A stretch of 48,864 bases of DNA, counting the filler, from Catajapyx aquilonaris (Eukaryota), in the NCBI GenBank assembly GCA_000934665.2. It is 2 parts of 2 records of this genome, joined end to end, with 100 filler letters (N's around TTAATTAATTAA, not from the genome) between each part and the next. Parts side by side here need not be neighbours in the genome. Positions count along the whole stretch, not along the records: positions 24,468 to 48,864 come from JYFJ02005533.1; 1 more part is not named here. The stretch is one strand, 5' to 3'. The stretch's first letter is position 1. Each line of letters starts with the position of its first letter. The translations under genes and the position numbers were made by a program. Below are positions 36,158 through 47,250 of the stretch, one piece after another. The notes below the pieces were generated by a model, which searched no databases, was not told the origin of the DNA, and saw only the letters and a program-made list of their open reading frames with translations.

Positions 36158-37320
36158 TTAGTCAAGTTAAGCATTGAAGCAATAATTGTGACATATATGA
36201 GCCAAAAGTCCCGTCCAGCAGGAAACCATCATGCACTTGGCCTTTTCTTACTTTTGTTAAAAGACATATTCCACCCACAGCCCTATTACGCAGCACCTCC
36301 TGAAAAACCCCTACGATGACTGAGGGCGATAAGAAACTTGCCTCAGCGCAAAGATGTCATATATATTATACCTTTCCAGTGACTATTTCTGAGACAAATG
36401 CACGGCAATGCGGAGGTTCATAATAATATTATTCTCAGTTACGCAATGGGAGTGGATGGCATTCAAAGGGGAAGGAGGGTGGAAGCTGCCGTTTGAAAGA
36501 AGCCTAATCATAGCTCTAGCTGAGAGTCTAAAACTCTAAAGCAGTGGTTCCTAACCTGGGAGTCGCGAAGCCTTTTCCGGGGGGGTCGCGAGTGGCCGCG
36601 GTAATTTTTATAAATTTAAATGCCTATAAAAGAACTTCAGTTTTTAAATTAGACTTGTACATTACAGTATATACCATTCACGAGGTACAGTACAGTACTT
36701 GCAATAATTGAATATCCACGTTTCCAATCTAGGAAACGCAATTCCTGCTTTATCATAGTCATTTAATAGTGTCACGAATCACGAATGTCAAATCTAGAGG
36801 TTGAGATATTTTCTGTCATTCTTTTTGACAATGACATGCAGTACAGCCTAATTTATGCGACAAAATATGATGCTTTTGACCTGTGCATACTTTTCTTTCG
36901 ACTTTGAGTCAACGGGAATCGAGAAATTGGGCAATATCATCTCTAGCAGATTTGACTTCCAGGAAGATCTAGGCAACTTTCGCAAATCATAATTCCTTTT
37001 CCTGAATATTAATGTAGATGCCACAGGAAAATAGAGCAACCGAATCAAAATCAAGAGCTATCTTTCAAAGGTGTTTTGAAACTGGGAACCAAAGATATAC
37101 GATGTGATTTATTTTGGCGTACGACTCAATACATTAATTAAATTATTAATCATGATTAGAACCACACATGACACATCATGACAAACGCAGCCTGAAACTG
37201 TTACTTGCTAGCTTGCATTTTAGTTCTCCATACAAGCACATGTGCAGAATAATGTATAGGTAAGACGTCTTGTTGCATGAGCACCTGAGAGCAGGTCAGG
37301 AAGCGTTTCCCATTCAAGGC

Positions 37321-37392
37321 GCGATGGTGGTGTAGTGGTCAGCATAGTTGCCTTCCAAGCAGTTGATCCGGGTTCGATTCCCGGCCATCGCA
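37321..37392 (+). tRNA. trnG-TCC: tRNA-Gly (anticodon TCC)
   Basis: Identical to 35367-35438 except one variable-loop base (TGAT versus TGGT); followed by an oligo-T terminator. Confidence 0.94.
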
Positions 37393-38444
37393 CTCTCTTT
37401 TTTTAAATCTTATAAAAATCTTTCGGCAGAATTTAGAGAGAGAAGTCAAACCGTGGATTATGGTAGTTCATGTATACTACGTATTTACGTTTTGAAAGGG
37501 TCTAACAACTAACAAATCTCCCATGCGGAAACATTTGAACAAGACTGATCTAATTCATGGCGATTTACTGGGTTGCAATAATTAAATTTCAGACATTTCA
37601 GTGCGTCCGAGAATTCACAGGACAAATAGGGTTACAGAATTAGGTTCTCTCCTTGACATGACAGACTCTCACGAACTTGACAAGATATCAGCATACGTAT
37701 CTAGTATGTTGCGTTTGTTACAAAGAGTGATCCTGAACCGATCCTGTCACGATTTCAGATTTTTTTATCAGTAACTTCATCATGGTATATCCACAATATA
37801 AGAATAAACCAATACTTAGCATTTAGTGTACCGGAATATCTCGTTCAGGTCAATGCCTACACAAACGAACAGGTACTCGCTTCGGCGGTACACACACGAA
37901 TGAAACGGTAGTCGGATTAAATTTTTGAAGGACATTTCGGACCTATTTCTATGATATGGCTCAGTCTAATTCATATAATTTTAACCAATAATAATAATTT
38001 ATTGTCGACATCGTACGTGTTAACGTCCAGTAGGCCTACTACCATCAGTATAATATTATACTTGGTCAGTTGGTCTCTCAGGACAGATGCTACCCACAGA
38101 ACATTTCCGAATGACACGTCCTCCGGATAACCCACTGCGATGACTGAGGGCGATAAAAAACTCGCCAAAATGCAAAGTTGTCTTGCCTTGCGGATTGTAA
38201 TTTCTGCTGAAGCAATACCTTGTGACATTAGGATAGTTCGTATCGTGCTGCATACCAGTCAAGTGCCAGTGTATACGGCTGCAACCATGTACTACTATAG
38301 GACTTCAATGCACCAATAGTTCTGCAACTCTGAGCAGCAATTTGGCAAGAAAACAGTATAAAAGCTGCTTACTCTACAAGGATCAGTATCAGTCGCTCAA
38401 GCGCACTTCTTCAGGCAAGAGCAACCATCAAGAATCGCATCATC

Positions 38445-38810
38445 ATGGACGCAAAGGTAATTGAAGTAATGCATTGTTTAATCGCACTCACTGCTTCATG
38501 TCAAATGCAGATACTGCTGTTCCTCGTTGTGCTGGGAGTGGTGGCGTGTGTGTCAGGAGGAGGTCACACCAACTACAAGTACGGGTTTTCCACAAAGGGC
38601 AAGTACGGGGCAGCCCAGGTGGAGGCTGGTGCAGATGACCACAAGTGGGGTTTCTCAGTCAACAACCACCACAAGGATGGGGTCAGCTACATCAAGCAGA
38701 GTGGGGACAACACTCAACACGGAGGATTCGGAGGTGGGGCTGGAGGTGGGGCTGGTGGTGGGGCTGGTGGTGCTGGAGGAGTCGGGGGAGGGTTCGGAGG
38801 GGGATTCTAA
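38445..38810 (+). CDS. Secreted glycine-rich protein, copy 3 (103 aa; exons 38445-38456, 38511-38810)
   Basis: MDAK|ILLFLVVLGVVACVSG...; GTAATT...CAG 54-nt intron; TATAAAAG 38357-38364; TCAGTC Inr 38389-38394; AATAAA 38849-38854. Confidence 0.88.
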   Translation: MDAKVIEVMHCLIALTASCQMQILLFLVVLGVVACVSGGGHTNYKYGFSTKGKYGAAQVEAGADDHKWGFSVNNHHKDGVSYIKQSGDNTQHGGFGGGAGGGAGGGAGGAGGVGGGFGGGF

Positions 38811-40067
38811 TAATTGCCCTGTGCAAATTATAACACAGTGTGATTTTTAATAAATGCATACAAATGAATAATTTGACAGTTGTTTAACCTTCTTTCCGTC
38901 AAATGGCTTGGTAATCCTCAAGGTAATATTGATCCCATTATTGTGACTCCAACTCGACGTATTTAATCAGATGAGTCTCACTGATCAACGTTAACTTTGT
39001 AGTTTCCTTTTATTAATACTGAAATGACCACATAAGTGGTGTATTTATGAATTACTCTGTCAGACTTGAAATCAGCGTTACAAGGTTTTCAGTTATGTGT
39101 TGTAATATTGTAACCTGGTTAATATGAAAAACCTACCCCCACCATGGTCATATGCAATATGACTATAAGCATGATGCAATATTTGGGCTTCCGACGATGA
39201 ATTAAATCAAAGCCACTGCCTGTCCTTAACTGTTAATATTCAGCCCTAGCCCAATGCAGTTAATAGCTGTGAAATGTGCATAACCTAATTCATTACAAAC
39301 AGATAGGTAAACAGTCCGTACAACAACCCCCACTGGAGGGGGGGGGGACTGGACAAATGAAACTTTGCAACAGCAGGTTTGTTTCATGGATGAGGCGACT
39401 TTTTTATTTGAATCATCAAGGACAATATGTGTACCGTAAAAATTAGCTATTCACAGGTTTACATAGTACTATTGTATGATAGTGTATGATCATTTAACTA
39501 GTAATAAAACTTACCATATATTTTTATTTTTATTTCTAGAAAAAGTATGTTATATTTCTTTGTTAGCGAGATATATTGACATTTTTTCGAACGTTAATTT
39601 TTAATTGAATTTTTTCGCGATTCACGGATAACCTGCACCCGGATAATCGGGAGTAATGAGTACAGTGTATGTACTGTACATATATGTAAGAAAATATAAT
39701 ACATTTCAGTGTATACATTACATACATGTATGCAAGATAAAAAGCTGCGAATTTTACTCACGTACAAGTGTACCCAATTCAACGTTTTTCTTTGTCAAAA
39801 ATTCCGCAACTGTTTCGCACTTTTCCACACAGAATAAGAGGTGTTGAGATATGAAAGTTGTTACGTATTGCTAGCAATACCTCAATTGATATTAGAAGTT
39901 CTAAGACCCAGTATATTGCATGCAGTACAGTCCTCTAACTCAACAATGGTGCGGAATCTTAAAAAAGGTGTAGAATGGTGTTTCGTTTCCACTGCGAAAT
40001 TACAGCTGGACACAAAGTCTGGAACATGGTTATTGAAGACTCAGGTTAGGTCACTCCCCACCCACCC

Positions 40068-40235
40068 CCTGCCGAAGGATTACGCACCGGGTGGCCACTT
40101 GAGATCGCTACGAGACATTTCCCAAGGCTATCATGTAAAGTTCCGCCTTAGTCCGGTAGGGTCGCCACATGATAGCCTTGGGAAATGTCTCGTAGCGATC
40201 TCAAGTGGCCACCCGGTGCGTAATCCCTCGGCAGG
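40068..40235. mobile_element. Palindromic MITE-like element
   Basis: ~70-bp near-perfect inverted arms CCTGCCGA.GGATTACGCACCGGGTGGCC...CTATCATGT around a ~30-nt spacer. Confidence 0.7.
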
Positions 40236-40468
40236 TGATAACGCCAGAACGCAGTATAAGTGTCCGTGGGCTGGTCTGGAACATCTATGTTGAATAGAAC
40301 TCTTTCGGGTCGGAAAAGGCTATCTTTGGGTATTTACTGCTATCAAATTGGCCATCTGGGGCATTTGGAGGTTTCGTATTAGTATTGGCCTTGACGAATA
40401 GAGCTCGTTTAATGCATAATCTCAAAAAAAATCTCTTTGGCACTTACCCCCTTTATCATGTCTACTCC

Positions 40469-40538
40469 TCATTTTTATTCGCAACAGTGAGGTGCGTCTA
40501 CCGCGGTAGACGCACCTCACTGTTGCGAATAAAAATGA
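40469..40538. repeat. 70-bp perfect loopless palindrome
   Basis: TCATTTTTATTCGCAACAGTGAGGTGCGTCTACCG|CGGTAGACGCACCTCACTGTTGCGAATAAAAATGA. Confidence 0.9.
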
Positions 40539-40738
40539 CGCGGTGCAGCACATTCCATCAGGCCTCGTCATGGCAATCGCTTGATTGCACATTCTCAATT
40601 TTTTTACTAGTCTCCGCCAACATTTTGTAACTAATACACGTATAAAAGCTGTTTCTCACAGACATTTAATATCACTTCCTTCAGCACCTCCAGCAGAAGT
40701 CATCGCTCGAGGGTTCAAGCCAATCCAATCTATACGCC

Positions 40739-41146
40739 ATGGATTCTAAGGCAATTGTCTGATTAAGTTCACTTCAACACAAGAAGGTAACTTTGTTCTC
40801 AATATTGACAACGAATTATCTTAATTGCAACGTGCAGATACTGCTGGTCCTCGTTGTGCTGGGAGTGGTGGCGTGTGTGTCAGGAGGAGGTCACATCAAC
40901 TACAAGTACGGGTTTTCCACAAAGGGCAAGTATGGGGCAGCCCAGGTGGAGGCTGGTGCAGATGACCACAAGTGGGGTTTCTCAATCAACAACCACCACA
41001 AGGATGGGGTCAGCTACATCAAGCAGAGTGGGGACAACACGCACCACGGAGGATTCGGAGGTGGAGTGGGTGGGGGTGCTGGTGGGGCTGGAGGAGCTGG
41101 AGGAGTGGGAGGGGGGCTTGGAGGGGGATTTGGAGGGGGATTTTAA
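40739..41146 (+). CDS. Secreted glycine-rich protein, copy 4 (106 aa; exons 40739-40750, 40838-41146; GC-AG intron)
   Basis: ATG GAT TCT AAG|GCAATT...CAG|ATA; TATAAAAG 40641-40648; TCACTT 40672-40677; AATAAA 41175-41180. Requires a non-canonical GC donor. Confidence 0.75.
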
Positions 41147-41777
41147 ATGTCCTTTGTACTACAAAGTGGTTTTCAATAAATGCATATAAAAGAATTTCAG
41201 TTTTTAAATTACAAGCACTTGTGCAGTGCCGTTCATGAGGTACGGACTATAGGCCTACTTGAATATCACGTTTCCAATCTGCGTAAATGCAAATCATAGT
41301 AGGCCATTATCAAAACCAGGCTACTTATTTCAAAACAAAATTTTCAGGAAACGAGAATTTCTGAATTAGCGCTTTTTTGGTTGCCCTAATGAAAGCTAAA
41401 ATGTGCATTATACGCTTTGTCTTGTCGCCTATCACATATCCGGAGCACGGAATTCATAATCCAAAAACAAAATCACAATGATCGATTGAAAATTAAGGCA
41501 GCCTGGTTTTGAAACGGCCAAGAAGGATTTTCTATGCTCCAAAAGGTGATAATGCAGCTCAGTACTAAAAACCATGCAAAACACGAATTTTAATAGAATC
41601 AGTAACGCATAATGACAGTCATTATGAGTAATTATTAAAATCCGTCATTTTTCATGCAAAGTCATCTTTATTATGTTGGTTTATTTCCAGAGTTAGATAG
41701 TTCACCCACACGCCAAAAAAAGTGGAGTGGTGGGATAATAAACAAAATGTGATAGAAAATCTCCATGAATAATATTA

Positions 41778-42653
41778 TCTACTAGCGGGATACCCGGCGT
41801 TGCCCGGGTATGTTGGGGTGCTGGTAAAGATAGGGGTACATATCTGTGATAGATTACCTGCTTGTCTTATAGCGTACAGTCGACACGGATATTCTGATTG
41901 GATGTGTAAAAGGAGGAATGCGGATGGAGTTGGCCCAGGAAAAGACTGCACAGCCATGTGTTTTTCCCCCTGCATTTTTGACCCCTTGACCCCTTGACCC
42001 CTCAACCCCACCTCACACCCCCACCTCGTTCCATATGTTTGCTCTGAAGAACTTTAGAAATGTACGTACAGATGTATGATGGGAAATTTTGTTTTCAACA
42101 CGGAGTAATATAAAGTGGTGCTGCGGGAACGTCGGGTTCGATCCCAGCCCGGGGTTCCCTCCTTCATCCCGTGCAGAGTTGGGTCGTTTCTGGCTTCGTT
42201 TCGGGTGGAATCTCCTCAGACTAATCCACCCGGGGGAGTTCACAAAATATACCGTTTGAGAATTGCACTTGCACCTTGCACATCCCCTCCCAGTCACCCT
42301 GCCCGTGGGCCCGGGCGCTACGTCAAAAAGGTTCCATCAAGACAAAATAAAGGTTCCCTCCCTGCGGTACGATGCATCGACTGCATCGTACCGCAGGGAG
42401 GTAAATAGCTAAAAAAAGATAGGCATTTCCATGGGAAGGCAAATTGATTTGTTGTTATTGATGTAAGCTAATTGTTGAGGCAGGAATATGCGTGTTGTGG
42501 GAGTTAGGTACATTTTCGGAAGCTGAAACATGCGGCGTTAGATTCCTTGGAAAAGTAACCCCCGAGATGCTAATTTAAGGCGGTGTAGGGGCCTTCCCCT
42601 GGATTTCTATAAGGGACAAACATCCAAACTTCCTTATTTATAGATATAGAGAT
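41778..42653 (+). mobile_element. Helitron-like non-autonomous element carrying a nested SINE
   Basis: Starts TCTACTAGCGGGATACCCGGCGTTGCCCGGGT (similar start at ~12371) and ends ACAAACATCCAAACTT...TTTATAGATATAGAGAT; pattern-based call only. Confidence 0.4.
42114..42417 (+). mobile_element. tRNA-derived SINE, copy C (deletion between A and B boxes, different 3' tail)
   Basis: AGTGGTGCTGCGG...GGGTTCGATCCCAGCCCGGGG...CCTTCATC.CGTGCAGAG; tail with hairpin at 42357-42401. Confidence 0.75.
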
Positions 42654-43083
42654 ACTTTAGAATGGATAATATCATATAAGTCGTTACAACGGAGTTTGAA
42701 GGACACCAAAGTTGAAGTTGATTTGACATTAACAACTGAAATCAAGGTGCATGGCAGTGCACCCCGCCAAGTCATCACTCCATATTACTTCACACCACAC
42801 ACACAGTCTACATTTCGACACATCGCCTACTGCCACTTGTCATGTAACCAGGCAACCAAATAAACATGCACTGCTGTGGGCCTTTTTACTATACCCCCTT
42901 CGTATACTACATTTGACCTCCTTCCAGCTCAGCTCGGGAAAACGTGGAGATCTTAGCTTTACAAAATAGAATGGCAAGGGCCCAGGGACCCTACAAAAAA
43001 AATATTCATGATTTTGTGACAAAAGGTTCTAGAGATATAACACCTCAAAAAATGCCATTTTTCTTCCAATAATATATATATAT

Positions 43084-44075
43084 CCCCTCAAAAACGCACT
43101 CGTAAAAAACCCGCCAAGTATTCAGCCGAAAAAACCTGTGAGATAGTGTCTGGGAGCCAAGCCTTGTCCACTCCGCCGTACAAAGTCGTGAGATCGTGGT
43201 GGACGCCAAGCCTTTCTTCGAGGCTATAAGCTAAGTGAGATGACTTGGCCGGACTTGGTTCACGGGCACGAGGAACAATACGCGTTCAGTTCGCTGGAAT
43301 TTGGTCAAGTTACTGTTCTCCCAATAAGCTGTACGACTTTCAAGTCTAATTAACCCCGATTGTAATCATGTGCCGTTCGAAGGTGACATTTTGTAGTTCC
43401 TGTGATACGAATCAGAGGTCCAAGTATATTTATAATTAGGCCCTAATGAATAAAGGAACTATATACGTGCTTTTAAGGTGGAGGTGTTACGTTACTGCTC
43501 CACCATCGAATGTCACATTTTTGGGTAATGGCTTGTCGCGAGCAGGTTTGGACTGCCCGCCTCTGCCCCCCTCCCGTGTTGATGTTGGCTCTCTTGGACC
43601 TGAGTTGGCGCCCCTGTCAGGCGGTGCTGGAGGGGAGCAGGGGGCGGGTAGGGTCAGTAGAGGAAAAGCGACCAGACCAGGAGGACGCTAGGGAGCGGCT
43701 CTCCTGCCCCCAGTGCCGTTTGTGGTATGTACTTAGGTGCATCTCGATAATAAACATGTTGCACAGAAGCGGTGGTGTCGTTATTGGGTTGCAACTTGGA
43801 TGTAACCTCTGACCCAGGGTCACAGGCTCTACCAATGAGTGTAAAAGTTTACTTTCTATTGTATTAAACCACGCATCGCATTGTTCCTCGTGCCCGTGAA
43901 CCAAGTTCGGCCAAGTCATCTCACTTAGCTTATAGCCTCGAAGAAAGGCTTGGCGTCCACCACGATCTCACGACTTTGTACTGCGGAGTGGACAAGGCTT
44001 GGCTCCCAGGCACTATCTCACAGGTTTTTTCGGCGGAAGACTTGGCGCGTTTTTTACGAGTGCGTTTTTGAGGGG
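43084..44075. mobile_element. Non-autonomous TIR element with ~195-bp TIRs, CCC termini and 2-bp AT flanks (CMC/EnSpm-like)
   Basis: CCCCTCAAAAACGCACTCGTAAAAAAC...CACGGGCACGAGGAACAAT is inverted at 43881-44075; a partial related TIR lies at ~47522-47642. Confidence 0.75.
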
Positions 44076-44402
44076 ATCTCACCACTTTTTGTTAAGGTGA
44101 ATCAAGGTTGAATGAATGAATGACACGAAGAAAGTAAAAATTAGCTGCCTCGGAGTATGGCCAATGTCTTTGTCCCGAGAATACATTGGCGCTGCATTCA
44201 CCTTGAATATTGTCCACGACAAAACAACCCCCCCGACCACTGGCAGCATGGTCTGAGACTTGACATTGGAGATCTGTTTGGTTATCCTCTTGAACCCGAT
44301 GTACATCTTTGGATGTAGCCCAGACTTGGTCCGGGACTTTTGGATGCCTCTTAGAATGAGTGAATCGGAAACTGCAAAGGTCCGGCCTGAATTTAAGTCT
44401 TA

Positions 44403-45133
44403 AGGCCCATTCACACAGGCCGTCGACGGTTTTGGTTTTTGGTCACGTCGAAGTGCCGGTCGCACTCTTTCCGCTGGTCGGTTTCACACAGGCCGTCGCG
44501 TGGCCGGTTTTGGTATTTGCCGCTAGTGCCGCTGCCGCATACGCGCAGGCAACATGGCGGACGTGGATGTCATTTTACAGCTGCATACATGCACCCGCTG
44601 GTTTTACTCCGCGCCCTTCTCGTCCTTCGAAGGAAGAGGAAGCAACGTGAACTACCTTGCCATTATTTCAAGCGCAGTTTGTACATAAATTCGCTCGGAA
44701 CGGCCCTCGGAACATGTGCAGGATGGTTCAGGATGCATTTGATTAAAACTTACTTGGTCTTCCTAGGGCTTTCGCCCATATCGTGCTGTACTACGCCTTC
44801 TCCCGCTTCCCCTTGTTCCGATACTCGGCCTTCCCCACCTCGTAGAGCAGGCTGTACCTCTCCCCTTCGTCGATAAGGGCCTTGTCCCGACCGTCATCTA
44901 CCGTGGCGGCCATCTTTTTCTCAGATTCCAAGTTGCGCAAGCTGCTCTTCTTTTGTAAGTTTAATGTTTACATGAGCCGCTTGGGCAGTGCGCATGCGCG
45001 CTGCCCAAGCGCGGCCTCCTATTGGCCGGTCGCAGTTTGAGATCGACCAAAACCAAAACCGAAAACAGAAATCAACAGATTTGGACGACGAGACCGAAAA
45101 CCAAAACCGTCGACGGCCTTTGTGAATGGGCCT
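44403..45133. mobile_element. Internally deleted PIF/Harbinger element
   Basis: AGGCCCATTCACA...TGTGAATGGGCCT TIRs with TTA TSD; minus-strand MADF-like start ALIDEGERYSLLYEVGKAEYRNKGKREKA* (~44913-44750). Confidence 0.8.
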
Positions 45134-45136
45134 TTA

Positions 45137-45480
45137 GTCTGTTATATTCCGTTAAATGGCTTCATCGTTAGCTTTAACTTGAGTGGGATCAAAGTTGGTT
45201 AGATGAATTCCATCCAATTTTTTGACTCGAGACAAGGCCACATACGCTTCACCACAACGGAAAATGTTGACCAGAAGGGCACTGTCTAAGCTCAAACCCT
45301 GGCTCTTATGAATCGTGATGCCGTCAGCTGTTGATCAGGGGGACTGTTTCCTATGGATGAATGCGTTTGCCATAATTTGAAATGCTCTTGATCGGTTTTA
45401 ACCAGTTTTAACGTTTGACCGAAAGAAAATGTAATTCTTACGGATTTAACTTTTTTTTGGCTAATCGGGGTGGTATGCAA
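45137..45480 (-). pseudogene. Helitron PIF1-like helicase C-terminal fragment (continues at ~44400-44375 beyond the Harbinger insertion)
   Basis: GITIHKSQGLSLDSALL...IFRCGEAYVALSRVKKLDGIHLTNFDP...EYNRL | RLKFRPDL. Confidence 0.8.
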
Positions 45481-45633
45481 CATTGGCTACAGACCCAACA
45501 GCATCAAGAGTTTGGTTGGAACAGGGAGTGACAGAAAGACACGTCTAGCCTCTAGAAGTCTATATGCAACAATGTCAATACATTGGTACTATGGAGACCA
45601 TACATCATGTATTGGCATTGTTGCAATTTTTGT

Positions 45634-45957
45634 GAATTTTTTTCGTGTTTGAATGGCTGCAGTATGGACCCAAGATGGGCGACTTACGGTTTTAGACTTT
45701 TCCTGGTGGTTTCAGATGAGGGCCGATTTTTGTACAAAATTTGGGATCTGTACGATAACTGGAAGTGGTCAATCTTTTTGAATACCGCGACCGATTATGA
45801 ATTGGGTTTGAATTTTTTTCGTGTTTGCTGTGCCACAATCTGGACCCAAGATGGCCGACTTCCGGTTTTGGAATTTTTCTGGCGGTATCAGACGAGGGCA
45901 GATTTTTGTACCAAATTTGGGATCTGTACGATAACTGGAACTGGGAAATCTTTTTGA
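45634..45957 (+). repeat. ~177-bp tandem repeat, about 2 copies
   Basis: GAATTTTTTTCGTGTTTG...CCCAAGATGG.CGACTT.CGGTTTT...AAATTTGGGATCTGTACGATAACTGGAA repeated. Confidence 0.75.
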
Positions 45958-45974
45958 TTATCGCCACCCCTACA

Positions 45975-46398
45975 CAGGGTGTATCTGAACTCAGTGCCCC
46001 GACGTATATGACTGCCTTCCTAGCCACCAGAGGATCGATTTAAGTATAGGAGTCATTATGTTTGGTCGCCGCGTTACGGAGATAATTGGCCGCAAACATG
46101 TAGTACAAAATATCCTGTCGGTTAGGCCACCCATCGAACCCTCCCCTAGTCAGAAGGCTCTGGAAGCTCTGGGGGCCGGACTTTGTTGGTTTGTTGCCCA
46201 CAGGTGGTAAGGCCTCTTTGGCTAGTTACACCAGAAAATTTTATTTAAAAGTCAGAAGGAGCGATTAGGCAAAAATCGCTAAAGAGTGTATCTCAGTAAT
46301 GAGGCTGCCCAGACATATGACTCCTATACTTAAATCGATCATTTGGTGGCTAGGAAGGCACTCATATACGTCGGGGCACTGAGTTCAGATACACCCTG
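45975..46398. mobile_element. Tc1/mariner-type MITE with long TIRs
   Basis: CAGGGTGTATCTGAACTCAGTGCCCCGACGTATATGA ... TCATATACGTCGGGGCACTGAGTTCAGATACACCCTG-TA. Confidence 0.8.
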
Positions 46399-46589
46399 TA
46401 TATGAATTGGAAGAAAAAACGCCAATTTGGGCCCGCTCCTGTTGTGGACCTAGTGGTCCAAATTTTACGACAATTTATTTGTATGGTCCCCGGGTGTGCC
46501 CCATCGTCGTATTAAAATTTCAGACTTGCAGCATTTTCCTGTGCCGAACTAGAAAATGCCGAAGTGTAGAGTACGAGTTGGCTCCAGTA

Positions 46590-47250
46590 AAGATACACGG
46601 CCAACCAACCACATTGTGCAAAGCCTTACATAAAGCCATACTTGAAGCTGTAAACTCTCCTGAGATCATCCTGGAAGCTGAGGACTCGTTGGACTGTTCC
46701 AGATCTATGCTCCAGTCAATAGGCTATACTCAAAAAGTACGAAGAGGGTTGTTCTAATCTAATACGGGTTGGTTTGAAGAAAAAAAACATTACTATATTA
46801 AACTTGGCACAGAGATTATGTTAAGAAGAAACATTGATGTTACTCTTGGGTTGGTTAACGGTGCAGTGGATACCGTACTGAGTGTTATGTACGACCCAGA
46901 CACTCCAAAAAAAGTAAAATCCATAAAAATGCAACTTTTTTCGGATTGGAATACGATTTAGGGCCTGTAAAGAGCAAATTTGAAGTTACAACTAAAGCAT
47001 TCGTCTATAGAAAACAGTTCCCTATAACGATAGCTTACACGGCATCACAATTCACAAGAGTCACGGCTTGAGCTTAGACACTGCCCTAATCGACATCGGC
47101 TCATGACTTTACTGTTGCGGCCAAACCTACGTACCCTTGGCTCGTGTCACAACAATTGACGGAATCCATATAGTCAACGTTGACCATACCCAGGTAAAAG
47201 CTAACCCAATAGAAACTCCTTATACTGGAATACAACAGACTCGGACATAA
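46590..47250 (+). pseudogene. Helitron PIF1-like helicase fragment
   Basis: Frameshifted IMLRRNIDVTLGLVNGAV; RKQFPITIAY; ITIHKSHGLSLDTALIDIG; GQTYVPLARVTTIDGIHIV; EYNRL. Confidence 0.85.
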
